Origin: a virus
Length of the DNA: 45,630 nt
Strand: one strand, 5' to 3'
IMG/VR virus record: IMGVR_UViG_3300034683_000458
Notes under the pieces: generated by a model
What the model saw: the letters and a program-made list of their open reading frames with translations, nothing else
What the model was told of the DNA's origin: nothing
Database searches by the model: none
Part shown: positions 14,734 to 23,066 of the stretch, piece by piece
Position numbering within the stretch: position 1 is the stretch's first letter
Layout: the number at the start of each line of letters is the position of its first letter
Position numbers and translations under genes: made by a program

Positions 14734-15132
14734 TTAATCTATGGCGGCTCCGATAGCCACTCCAAGCACCAGTGCTATTGCAGAGGCCTTATACTTTTTT
14801 GCTGCTTCGTTATGAAGTTCGGCATTCAATTCCTGTTCCAATTTCTGCCATGCAAGCCTTTCGCTTTCATAGTTCTGTATAGTGCTATTTGCAGTATCTA
14901 TATATTTTTGTGTGGCCTCTCGCTCTCTCTCTAGCCCATCTTTTAATGCTTTATTCTCCGCCTCCAATTCTGCGATGTAACGATAAATGTCAATTGCGTC
15001 CTGCACATCCATCACAATTTTGTTGTTTATCGCTTCGACTTTCGCTTCCGCCATGGATACGCTCAAGAAGGTCATTGAAAGCATCAGCGACAGAAGAAGG
15101 ATCGCTGGGTACTTCAATATTTTCTTTTGCAT
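14734..15132 (-). CDS. Secreted coiled-coil protein with a C-terminal hydrophobic anchor. Candidate spanin-like partner.
   Basis: Signal-like N-terminus ILLLSLMLSMTFLSVSMAEA with no Cys. C-terminal AIALVLGVAIGAAID. Strong RBS GAGGAGG. The gene overlaps the upstream gene by 143 nt out of frame. Confidence 0.6.
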   Translation of the reverse strand: MQKKILKYPAILLLSLMLSMTFLSVSMAEAKVEAINNKIVMDVQDAIDIYRYIAELEAENKALKDGLEREREATQKYIDTANSTIQNYESERLAWQKLEQELNAELHNEAAKKYKASAIALVLGVAIGAAID

Positions 15133-15358
15133 TTTTTACCTCCTCATCTGTTTGTTTTTGGGTTTCACTGATCGCCTGCAAAGCATCTTCTAATTTTTTC
15201 TTTTCCTCTTCAACTTTTTTTTGAATCTCATCCAACTCTGTTTTAGCTTTATCTATATCAGAGGTTTTTTGTGTTTTTTTAGAAACAAAAAGATAACTTA
15301 TCATTAAAACTGCTATACCGCCGATCCAGGAAAGTACTCTTTTAATTTTCTCCCACAA
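14990..15358 (-). CDS. Type-II membrane coiled-coil protein, i-spanin-like.
   Basis: The TTG at 15358 follows an AAAGGAG RBS and sits 1 nt after the holin stop. TM segment SWIGGIAVLMISYLFV, then a K/E-rich coiled coil. The ORF track starts at 15424. Confidence 0.55.
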   Translation of the reverse strand: MWEKIKRVLSWIGGIAVLMISYLFVSKKTQKTSDIDKAKTELDEIQKKVEEEKKKLEDALQAISETQKQTDEEVKNAKENIEVPSDPSSVADAFNDLLERIHGGSESRSDKQQNCDGCAGRN

Positions 15359-15359
15359 T

Positions 15360-15590
15360 TCAATCGGACTCCTTTCGATAGTCTGACTTTTCCTTTCTAA
15401 CTGCTTCATATGAACTGCTCGCAAAATATGCTCCGATCGTAATGGACAGCGTATAGGTTAACAAGTCTTTTATGGCAACGGGCAGTTCTGAATTTGAAAA
15501 CACACAAAAGAGCACCACGATGTTTAAAAGCACCATCGCCCATAATGCTAATAATTTACGCAAAGGCAATTGCCTTATTTTATTATTCAT
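15360..15590 (-). CDS. Holin-like small membrane protein with two TM segments.
   Basis: 76 aa. LLALWAMVLLNIVVLFCVF and LLTYTLSITIGAYFA are the TM segments, and the C-terminus is charged. It lies in the lysis cassette. Confidence 0.6.
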   Translation of the reverse strand: MNNKIRQLPLRKLLALWAMVLLNIVVLFCVFSNSELPVAIKDLLTYTLSITIGAYFASSSYEAVRKEKSDYRKESD

Positions 15591-15874
15591 TTCATAAGCG
15601 CTCCCACTACAGCACCTAAAGCGCCTGCAATACCGCCTATTGCAAGATACGTTTTCCAGCTTCCTTGCAAAATCCCGACATCCTTTCCTAATTTACCAAT
15701 CTCATCATTAATATGGCGTATTTGATCATCATGGATATTTATTCTTTTACTTGTATCCTGCATTTGAGTTTCAATGATGCTAAGACGATTATTTATATCT
15801 TTGAGTTCCTTATAAATATCACGCAACACATCTTCAATTTTGTAGTTTTCAGACATGAAGTATCCGTTAGCCAT
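15587..15874 (-). CDS. Tail-anchored coiled-coil membrane protein in the lysis cassette.
   Basis: The ATG at 15874 overlaps the endolysin stop (ATGGCTAA). C-terminal TM segment YLAIGGIAGALGAVVGALM. Confidence 0.5.
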   Translation of the reverse strand: MANGYFMSENYKIEDVLRDIYKELKDINNRLSIIETQMQDTSKRINIHDDQIRHINDEIGKLGKDVGILQGSWKTYLAIGGIAGALGAVVGALMK

Positions 15875-16442
15875 TTTGGTCACCAATAGCCTCGTAATTT
15901 TTTCTAATTCGGTTAAGCCAGCCATGAATAAAACTTTTCTGCGTAGGGTCTTTCCCAATAATAGAATTGTATAGCTCAACTCTTTCAAGAAGAAAGACAT
16001 GACAAATCAGCTCAACAGGGAATAAACATGTTGACTTATATTTGCCTATATATTCACCCAGTGCGCTGAGTGTTAACGGCCCTATTGCTCCGTCAACAAT
16101 AACTTTATCTGCTTTCATACAGCGATTGATGCTTTTTTGCAGTAATTTGCCTGCTCCACCTACGCCATGGTTAACAGAAGCGTCAAAAACTAAGTAATCC
16201 AGCGGGGCCGGCAGCATATCACATTTGCACTTATCCCAGTAGTTAACTTTATATATTGTTTTGGCTTCATCTGCAGTTATTTGCTTGATATCATTATGCT
16301 TCACCAGCCCGGCCTTATATGCTGCGTTCAATGTGCCTTCTGTTATGCCGTAATTTGTCTTGCCTCCCTTGTCGCTGGGATGATCAGAATAGCCACCCTC
16401 TATGTTCAAAACCTTTTTAAAGCATTCATCAAACCTGCTCAA
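15867..16442 (-). CDS. Endolysin: GH108-type N-acetylmuramidase plus a PG_binding_3-like domain. TTG start.
   Basis: VLNIEGGYSDHPSDKGGKTNYGIT is the GH108 signature. VDGAIGPLTLSAL is the peptidoglycan-binding repeat. Confidence 0.85.
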   Translation of the reverse strand: MSRFDECFKKVLNIEGGYSDHPSDKGGKTNYGITEGTLNAAYKAGLVKHNDIKQITADEAKTIYKVNYWDKCKCDMLPAPLDYLVFDASVNHGVGGAGKLLQKSINRCMKADKVIVDGAIGPLTLSALGEYIGKYKSTCLFPVELICHVFLLERVELYNSIIGKDPTQKSFIHGWLNRIRKNYEAIGDQNG

Positions 16443-16465
16443 TATATCACCGCCCCTTCTTGAGA

Positions 16466-16502
16466 AAACAAAAAAGGACGGCTTTGGTGTGCCGCCCTTT
16501 TT
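16466..16502 (-). terminator. Bidirectional rho-independent terminator between the tail-fibre module and the lysis cassette.
   Basis: Stem GGACGGC/GCCGCCC with one G-T wobble pair, flanked by A6 and T5 runs. Confidence 0.65.
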
Positions 16503-16517
16503 AAGAAAATATCCTTA

Positions 16518-17198
16518 TTATATTTCAGTATCCCAATCGACAGATTTGATTTGTTCAAGTGCTGCCTCTAGCGATCCTGCTGTTTCAACGGTAATGCCGT
16601 TAAGATAATCATTTAATGTACGCTCACGGGCAAACAGCGACTCAACGAAATTGTGCACAACGAGACTCATTGATAATATCTCTTCAGCTGTTATGTCATC
16701 AAAGCCGTTGATGTACTTCCAATGAATAACGTCTGGCAATTCGGAAGTAAGTTGTTGTATCGCCAGTGGCAAAGATGTTCCCATAACTTTAGCCAATGAA
16801 CTTAACGCTGTGCTCATAATCATTGCTTTGCTTCTGTCATCCGTTGCTACTGTTTTGCCGTTTATCTGGATTCCTGCATTTTCCAATTCGTATCGCTTCG
16901 CTGCAATTTCTGCCCTTTTACTCTTTTTAGCTATATCTAAAATCTCTTCGTCAGCTGCATCGGTAACAACTACACCTTCAACCGCAGAGCTTAAAATTGT
17001 ATACCCAGATTTACCAGACAAACGTATTTCAAGAACCTTTTTTTCTCCTGAAATTCCAGTTAGAACATTGCCGATACCTTCAACGACCTTGTAGCCAGAT
17101 GGAGTCCAAAATATCGTATAATCTGCAGATTCGCTATAAGGCAACTCGATATTACAGGCCTCCATATTATTTTGTGCCGGAAAACTTATTGTTCTCAT
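16518..17198 (-). CDS. Tail-fibre accessory or assembly protein (DUF4376-like C-terminus).
   Basis: RAEIAAKRYELENAGIQINGKTVATDDRSKAMI resembles the DUF4376 motif. RBS AAGGAGG. The start is 1 nt after the RT stop. Confidence 0.5.
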   Translation of the reverse strand: MRTISFPAQNNMEACNIELPYSESADYTIFWTPSGYKVVEGIGNVLTGISGEKKVLEIRLSGKSGYTILSSAVEGVVVTDAADEEILDIAKKSKRAEIAAKRYELENAGIQINGKTVATDDRSKAMIMSTALSSLAKVMGTSLPLAIQQLTSELPDVIHWKYINGFDDITAEEILSMSLVVHNFVESLFARERTLNDYLNGITVETAGSLEAALEQIKSVDWDTEI

Positions 17199-17199
17199 A

Positions 17200-18228
17200 T
17201 CAATTCCTCCTTAAAACAAGATATTTTAAAGCAGAAACAGTACTACAATATCCATTACAGTGTTGCATATAACCTATGAAACTAAATACGCGACTCTTAG
17301 CATACTCAAGGTCAACTTCACCTCTTGCATATCTTCTACTGATGCTTTTAAATCGCTTCTTAGCAGCTTTAACATTCCGTTTGCGTGGTAGTATATGTGT
17401 TTTCCATGTCCTATATCCCGCAAAATCAACACCTTGAGATGCAGGATATATGCGTGTCTTAGGGTTAAGATAAAGCTTCAGCTTTGTTTCAACGAACCAC
17501 TTTATCTCTGCTAGGATGTCTTTTAAATAATGCTTGGTAGGGCCTAAAAGAATCATGTCATCCATATATCTGACGTAGAACTTGACCCTAAGCTTTTCTT
17601 TTACAAAATGATCTGCCTCGGAAAGATAATGATTGGCCAATGTTTGGCTTGTCAGCGCTCCTATTGGTATTCCTCGTCCCGTTACGTTGTTAGTCTCTAT
17701 GATTGTTTTATACAAAGATAGCACTTCCTTTTCGCGAAAGGTGCGTTTTAAGATATCAAGTAATGTTTGGTGATGTATAGATTGAAAGTATTTGGATATA
17801 TCTACTTGTAAAACATATACTCGCCCCCACATGCGCCGTGCTCTGTGTAGAAAATCTTTTGTTCTTAATACACACCTGTGAACTCCTTTCCCGCATCGGC
17901 AAGCATAAGAATCGTAAATCCACTTTTGCTCCATAAATGGCTGAGTTATGCCAATGAGTGCGTGATGCACTACTCTGTCGCAAAATGTTGGTGCCTGAAT
18001 TAACCTTCTTTTAAGCGTATCCACTTTAATAAATTCCCTAAACGGCGATGGCCTCCATCTTCCAGCTATCAGATCCTCTTGTATTTTAAAGATATTCTCT
18101 TCAAGACGATCTGAGAAACGCAGAACCTCAAGCCGATATCGCTTGCCTTTCCTCGCTTCGTTAAATCCTCTCAGAAGATTTTCAAAGGAAATGATCTGTG
18201 GCCATAGATTACTATAACTTTTAGGCAT
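17200..18228 (-). CDS. DGR reverse transcriptase.
   Basis: RLIQAPTFCDRVVHHAL, GIPIGALTSQTLANHYL (the DGR-type IGxLTSQ motif) and the YVRYMDDMILLG catalytic YxDD motif. Confidence 0.9.
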   Translation of the reverse strand: MPKSYSNLWPQIISFENLLRGFNEARKGKRYRLEVLRFSDRLEENIFKIQEDLIAGRWRPSPFREFIKVDTLKRRLIQAPTFCDRVVHHALIGITQPFMEQKWIYDSYACRCGKGVHRCVLRTKDFLHRARRMWGRVYVLQVDISKYFQSIHHQTLLDILKRTFREKEVLSLYKTIIETNNVTGRGIPIGALTSQTLANHYLSEADHFVKEKLRVKFYVRYMDDMILLGPTKHYLKDILAEIKWFVETKLKLYLNPKTRIYPASQGVDFAGYRTWKTHILPRKRNVKAAKKRFKSISRRYARGEVDLEYAKSRVFSFIGYMQHCNGYCSTVSALKYLVLRRN

Positions 18229-18389
18229 GCAACTCCCCCGTTTAAAACCATAAGGCCGCTTTCGAAATATCTACTTGCGGCCCTACTTCTTTTGATATTT
18301 CGCCTTTTTATTGGCGCGGACACCGTTTCCCAAAGGAAAAGGCACTCACGAAATGCCCTTAGGCAATTTCGCCTCTGGCCGCAATTTCC

Positions 18390-18494
18390 CCTTTGCGAGG
18401 CGCCCACCGATATTCGTGTTCGAGTACGAGGAAGGATTGCTCAAACTCAACCTGAACAACCCGCTGTTCGAGCCGTTATTCCAGCTGCCGCCAT
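18390..18494 (-). repeat. DGR template repeat (TR), 105 bp.
   Basis: It aligns without gaps to 18925-19029 and lies between avd and the RT gene. On the coding strand it encodes AAY-rich ...GGSWNNGSNSGLFRLSLSNPSSYSNTNIGGRLAK. Confidence 0.9.
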
Positions 18495-18518
18495 AGAAAC
18501 GATGCCCAAATCTTAAGA

Positions 18519-18905
18519 TTACCGAGAAGCTCTCAAAGCCTTTATTAAACCGCCTACCATCTTGCCTATTTCATTGATTTTCCGTGACCAAACCTCATAT
18601 TTATGAACATTGATATATTTTGACTCGTAACTTTCCGCTACAAGTTCGCGAAGAAGGTCAAGTTCTACATCAATATCCTCAAGTGTAGTTTTCTTGTAAT
18701 ACCTCTTTTTACAGCGACTTATCAAGCGCTGAATATTTCTCGTTGTCATGCGAATATCCTGACAAATTGAGTGTCTTTCTGTGCGAGGAAACTGTAAAAG
18801 CGCAGCGCGTTCATAAGCCGCAAGCTGCCTGAGCTTATCTTGAATGATCATTGGCCCATATTTTGAGCTTGCCTCCGCTATCGCTCCGGCATCAGAATTC
18901 AGCAT
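18519..18905 (-). CDS. avd: DGR accessory variability determinant (Avd, four-helix-bundle family).
   Basis: About 110-128 aa, basic. ...AAYERAALLQFPRTERHSICQDIR...LLRELVAESYESKYI.... Its position between VR and TR is the canonical one. The start is either 18905 or 18851. Confidence 0.75.
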   Translation of the reverse strand: MLNSDAGAIAEASSKYGPMIIQDKLRQLAAYERAALLQFPRTERHSICQDIRMTTRNIQRLISRCKKRYYKKTTLEDIDVELDLLRELVAESYESKYINVHKYEVWSRKINEIGKMVGGLIKALRASR

Positions 18906-18919
18906 ATCAGTACCCCAGC

Positions 18920-20149
18920 TTACACCTTTGCGAGGCGCCCACCGAGATTCGTGTCCCAGTACGAGGAAGGATAGCTCAAACTCAACCTGAACAACCCGCT
19001 GTACGAGCCGTTAAACCAGCTGCCGCCATGATAACAAACTTTTGTCGTACCATCTTTAACAATACTAAAGTAATCACTCCACGATCCTTGCTCCATATAC
19101 GGGATAGTAGTCGACGGGATAAACAGTGCCTTTAAGTCAAATCCGCTTCCTGCCGTATCTGCCATGTCAACTATCCACCCACTGTCTGGCAAGGTAACTC
19201 CCGTATTAACCCATGACTGCGACCCGTTTTTATTCCATATCCAGAGCACACCATTTCTGTTTTCTATGCCCTGCACCATGCACCATACATTACCCCATAA
19301 CTCATGCAGTGCACGCCAGATGGCGTTGGTATATCCGGTGTTCATTGCGGAACCTATGGGGGAGTCAACATTGCCACGTCCGAGAATTGTCTGTGAATCT
19401 GGTGCACCCATCTCAACAAGCGCAAGGTACTGGATTGCAGCTATCTGGTAAATATCTATTAACCTGAATCCAGTTACGCCATCAGTATTTCTTGCGCTGC
19501 ACCTGCTAACCATGGTTGGGAAATCAATTGAAACTAATGGAGGCTTATTATTTTGGCTGCCGGCCTTTGATGTCCCATCTGCAAATGCCTCGTAAGCACC
19601 TACCCAAAAATTATCCATTTCTACCCCTACGTTGTTTAAAAATGCAGGATGCACCTCAGAACCGCTAAATGCAGTTTTATTGATAAACCATGCCTGCTTA
19701 CCGGCATAAGGCCCAGTGGCAAGAGCCATCCTAGCATAATGAAACTTGTCAATGTTGACCATTGATTGTGAATCTATATTTGTAACGTTAAGCTGATATT
19801 CTGGCCTTGAAGAGAAATATCCTACTGGCGTAGATATAGGTTGACCGTTCAAGTCAACTCTGTCCCAGACACCGGCGCCTCCTCCGTTTTCGACTAAAAC
19901 TACACCTATAGGTTCAGTTAAAGTTGGCACTCTTCGGGGACCAGAATATATTAGACTGCCTTCAATATTAACGTCTTTTTCGGTGACAAAAGCCGGGAGA
20001 TCGGTAAAAGACGTTGCGCCGTCTCCGCCTTTATATTTATTGGCCGTCATATCATAACCAAGTTCTCCCTTATCGAGCGGTTGTATCTCTGTGCCCCACT
20101 CGTCGGTTGTTCCCCTTTTGACCGTGATGATCCTTGTTTCATCTGCCAT
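18920..20149 (-). CDS. DGR target: receptor-binding tail-fibre protein with a C-terminal C-type-lectin/FGE-like variable domain.
   Basis: The C-terminus CYHGGSWFNGSYSGLFRLSLSYPSSYWDTNLGGRLAKV* is encoded by the VR. The gene follows the tail-collar fibre gene. Confidence 0.8.
   Translation of the reverse strand: MADETRIITVKRGTTDEWGTEIQPLDKGELGYDMTANKYKGGDGATSFTDLPAFVTEKDVNIEGSLIYSGPRRVPTLTEPIGVVLVENGGGAGVWDRVDLNGQPISTPVGYFSSRPEYQLNVTNIDSQSMVNIDKFHYARMALATGPYAGKQAWFINKTAFSGSEVHPAFLNNVGVEMDNFWVGAYEAFADGTSKAGSQNNKPPLVSIDFPTMVSRCSARNTDGVTGFRLIDIYQIAAIQYLALVEMGAPDSQTILGRGNVDSPIGSAMNTGYTNAIWRALHELWGNVWCMVQGIENRNGVLWIWNKNGSQSWVNTGVTLPDSGWIVDMADTAGSGFDLKALFIPSTTIPYMEQGSWSDYFSIVKDGTTKVCYHGGSWFNGSYSGLFRLSLSYPSSYWDTNLGGRLAKV
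18925..19029 (-). repeat. DGR variable repeat (VR), at the 3' end of the tail-fibre gene.
   Basis: There are 7 differences from the TR over 105 bp. Six fall where the TR coding strand has A. Confidence 0.9.
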
Positions 20150-20167
20150 CTAACTCACTCCTTAATC

Positions 20168-20986
20168 TTATAATGTTTGCGGATCTCCTCCGTACAACCT
20201 GCCATTGTATTGATCGAGCGGTAATAATGGCGTCCCTCCGTACAACCTGCCATTGTATTGATCGAGCGGTAATAATGGCGTCCCTCCGCTGAGTCGTTCG
20301 GCCTTAATCGTTACTCGATGCATCGGCAAAAAACCTATTGTTTTAGATGCAGGATTCCACGTCACAAACATAGGATCCGTTCCTGATGCAGTTCTAAACA
20401 GCGTTTTTAAAGATTCAGCTACAGTAGCTGGCCTGAGTTTCTTTTCTTCTGCCGAAAATGTCCAAAAACCATTTGCCGAAACATAAGGTGCAAAAAGCTT
20501 ATCCAGTTCCTCTGCAAGGCGAGGGAATGTCACAAATCCCAGATTGTCCCCGATAATAGCAGTTACATTCTCCGCCTGATCGACAACTGTAATCAGTGTA
20601 AAGATAATATGGACTGCATGTGGGCCACCCCCAGCAGGGATATAGTCAGGTTCATCACCTGCGTTGCTATAGGCATACAAAACTTCATTCCCTTCAGCAT
20701 CCATGGCAAAAAGCCCTATTTCTCTGAACCAGTACCCAGTCTCCAGATTTTGATTGCTAAGGATGCATTCAATTTCTGCCATGCCATCCCCGGTCACAGT
20801 GTTGCTGTTGATGGGCAAATCTGTGATCCAATTAATTATGTCAGTCATGTCGGCTATCGAAACATCTGGCGGCAGGATCCCGTCGCCAGCTTTGACACGG
20901 GTAAATATTATTGGCGTACCAGTTTGCCCGGCTGCCAACACATTTCTCCCTGCCTTAGTCAATGTCATTGCCTTAAAATTTGCCAC
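20168..20986 (-). CDS. Tail-collar fibre protein (P2 gpH N-terminal-like).
   Basis: MANFKAMTLTKAGRNVLAAGQTGTPIIFTRVKAGDG...REIGLFAMDAEGNEVLYAYSNAGDEPDYIPA. Confidence 0.7.
   Translation of the reverse strand: MANFKAMTLTKAGRNVLAAGQTGTPIIFTRVKAGDGILPPDVSIADMTDIINWITDLPINSNTVTGDGMAEIECILSNQNLETGYWFREIGLFAMDAEGNEVLYAYSNAGDEPDYIPAGGGPHAVHIIFTLITVVDQAENVTAIIGDNLGFVTFPRLAEELDKLFAPYVSANGFWTFSAEEKKLRPATVAESLKTLFRTASGTDPMFVTWNPASKTIGFLPMHRVTIKAERLSGGTPLLPLDQYNGRLYGGTPLLPLDQYNGRLYGGDPQTL
20187..20288. repeat. Perfect 48-bp tandem repeat (about 2.1 copies) in the 3' end of the tail-collar fibre gene.
   Basis: cctccgtacaacctgccattgtattgatcgagcggtaataatggcgtc is repeated at period 48. It encodes GGTPLLPLDQYNGRLY twice. 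Confidence 0.9.
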
Positions 20987-21000
20987 TTAAACACCTCCCT

Positions 21001-21642
21001 TCAACGTAGTGTCGCTAATCTTATACTGCCAAGCTTCCCAGTTGCTGTCCCATAATGTTGCTTTATAACGGTGTTGTTAGGCAAATGTGTGGTCAATGAT
21101 GTCATACCTTTAGCCAATTGAGGCATACCGTAATGTAAGTCAAGATGCAGTGGTCTTGATATTGTTATTTCGTCAAGCCAGCTTCGTACATTTTTGGCAC
21201 TTTCAAGTGCCCTAAAAAAACTTTGCCATGCTGCACTATCTACCAAACGTCCCTCCGTAAGGATTGAAAAATGATAAGGCTCACCACCATAATCAAACCA
21301 TTCGATTATTTCCGCATAGCCAAATGCATCATTACACACTTGTCTAACAGCCCAAGGCGTTCCCTTCCTTCTATGTACAAGAATTGAAGACTTTACCAGG
21401 TTTCTTTTGGCAGTAAGGCTTAAGGCTGGATCGTAAAAATCAACATGAAACTGCCATGCAAGCAAGTCCACTATCTCCTCCGACAGCTCATCTATGCGAG
21501 GCAGGATCAGCGTTTCAAGAATAGAAGAAGAAACATCCTGTACCTCGCCATCAAGCGCCTTTGCGGCAGATATTACATTTTCATCGCTTAACAGCGAGTG
21601 CGGCAGCAATTCTTCAAGCATCATCGTATAGAGGTCACGCAT
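21001..21642 (-). CDS. Baseplate/tail protein, P2 gpI-like.
   Basis: LLPHSLLSDENV...LAWQFHVDFYDP...KRNLVKSSILVHRRKGTPWAV. It lies downstream of the gpJ-like gene. Confidence 0.75.
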   Translation of the reverse strand: MRDLYTMMLEELLPHSLLSDENVISAAKALDGEVQDVSSSILETLILPRIDELSEEIVDLLAWQFHVDFYDPALSLTAKRNLVKSSILVHRRKGTPWAVRQVCNDAFGYAEIIEWFDYGGEPYHFSILTEGRLVDSAAWQSFFRALESAKNVRSWLDEITISRPLHLDLHYGMPQLAKGMTSLTTHLPNNTVIKQHYGTATGKLGSIRLATLR

Positions 21643-22750
21643 CTTCCATACCCCCAAAGGTCACCGAAACGGATCTTGCTATTGCCACATCAGAAGGAGC
21701 AAGCACGGTAAACGATGGCGATATAACATCAACCCTTTTGGCACCTGCGGCAATCATCCCTGATATGAGGACGGACGGATTAATGTCGCGTCCTAGCGCT
21801 GATTTTTGCCAAGATGTCCAGTCATTTACTGCTTTATTGACAGCTATAGATATTTGTGACGCCTCAACAGCTCTATCATTTGCAAGCCACCATGTTACAT
21901 CGAGATCATATTCGATAACCGTAGGAGCGAGGGTGAATACCTGATCGGTTAAAGGCCTGATTTTTTCATCCGAAACTGTCTCAAGCACAACATCTAATAT
22001 TTCCTGTGATGGTATGCCGCCATTTTTGAGCAGGACGTAAATTTCGACCACTCCCGGACTTGGCGAAATAACCGCTACATCAGTTATATCCTGATGTGCA
22101 GTCCTAGCCCAGAAATTATAGGCCCCCGACGGCCCAGCAACCGAAAAGCTTTCAGGAGCAATCCTGATGCGATCACGGAAGTTATCATCTGTTTCTACAT
22201 TACTCCCGCCGGACGATTCAGTGATATTGACTACGTTTTGGACCCACGGGATAGGATCCACAAGTCTGTTTATCTGCCCAGGCAGGTACCCATTTCCTAC
22301 TTCTCCGTCTTGAATACACTTGGCCATGACATCTATTTGCGTCTCGCCTGTCGGCACAGTCGCGGCGTCCGTTGTAGCAAAGAAAAGCTTGCCGTCCGGA
22401 GTTGCCCTAGTACCAAGCGGGATGATGGTTGTCCCTGGCTGAGGTCCAGACAGCGTGAACCTCAAGGTAGTCATTGCAGGATATGCCGGAAGTCTTGTGA
22501 CGCCTAACAGTGCGCCCAAATGATCCAGATAACCATTGCTTGAAAAGGCAAGCAAATTCTGTTTTGCTGCGTAATCGATCAAAACTCTCTGTTGTGAAAT
22601 GATCGAGGCAATTGACAGCAAAAACAGCCTGACAGGATCCCCAGGGGCGAGCGTCCGTCCAGCAAGAGATTCATAGTCTGCTATAATTTTGCTTTCGATA
22701 AGCTTTGCATCTTTTTCGGCGAATGTTATGTCTGGCAAATTATTAAGCAT
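21635..22750 (-). CDS. Baseplate J-like wedge protein.
   Basis: 371 aa, between the gp25-like and gpI-like genes, with a typical Baseplate_J layout. Confidence 0.75.
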   Translation of the reverse strand: MLNNLPDITFAEKDAKLIESKIIADYESLAGRTLAPGDPVRLFLLSIASIISQQRVLIDYAAKQNLLAFSSNGYLDHLGALLGVTRLPAYPAMTTLRFTLSGPQPGTTIIPLGTRATPDGKLFFATTDAATVPTGETQIDVMAKCIQDGEVGNGYLPGQINRLVDPIPWVQNVVNITESSGGSNVETDDNFRDRIRIAPESFSVAGPSGAYNFWARTAHQDITDVAVISPSPGVVEIYVLLKNGGIPSQEILDVVLETVSDEKIRPLTDQVFTLAPTVIEYDLDVTWWLANDRAVEASQISIAVNKAVNDWTSWQKSALGRDINPSVLISGMIAAGAKRVDVISPSFTVLAPSDVAIARSVSVTFGGMEDA

Positions 22751-23066
22751 TTATCTCAACCCTCACTTTCGGCCTCAATATGCCGTCCATGCCGTCTCCT
22801 TCATATTTCACCTCAACCACTCTTGCGCGAGGCTCCCATCTGCGTATTGCCCCCACGATCTCGGCGCTCAATTTAGCCTGTGCGACAGGCATGGGGTCAT
22901 CCAGCATAGTGGCAGATATGCCGAATTCCCTATCGAGCGGGACGGAATATTTCACGGTAGTAAGGATCGTCTTAATGTTCTGCAAAACTTCCTCCTCAAT
23001 CGTGGCGGGCGAGAAATTTATCTTGTTCACATCGCTTATTAAGTTTATTTCATACATGTCACACAT
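22743..23066 (-). CDS. Baseplate wedge protein, GPW/gp25-like.
   Basis: PLDREFGISATMLDDPMPVAQAKLSAEIVGAIRRWEPRARV. Confidence 0.8.
   Translation of the reverse strand: MCDMYEINLISDVNKINFSPATIEEEVLQNIKTILTTVKYSVPLDREFGISATMLDDPMPVAQAKLSAEIVGAIRRWEPRARVVEVKYEGDGMDGILRPKVRVEINA

Noticed and set aside
14734-15132. Calling this gene a canonical o-spanin (Rz1-type lipoprotein).
   Set aside because: The product has no cysteine and hence no lipobox. It is kept only as a spanin-like candidate.
17756-17983. ORFs nested within the RT gene (17756..17983) and at its 5' end (18171..18407).
   Set aside because: They are out-of-frame overlaps with the RT coding sequence and the TR-proximal spacer, and have no independent support.
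18292-19135. Two plus-strand ORFs (18292..18516 and 18851..19135) encode near-identical peptides (LCEAPT(D/E)IRV(R/P)VRGRIAQTQPEQPAVRAV...), which could be mistaken for a duplicated gene.
   Set aside because: They are the antisense translation of the DGR TR and VR. The similarity is explained by the retroelement repeats.
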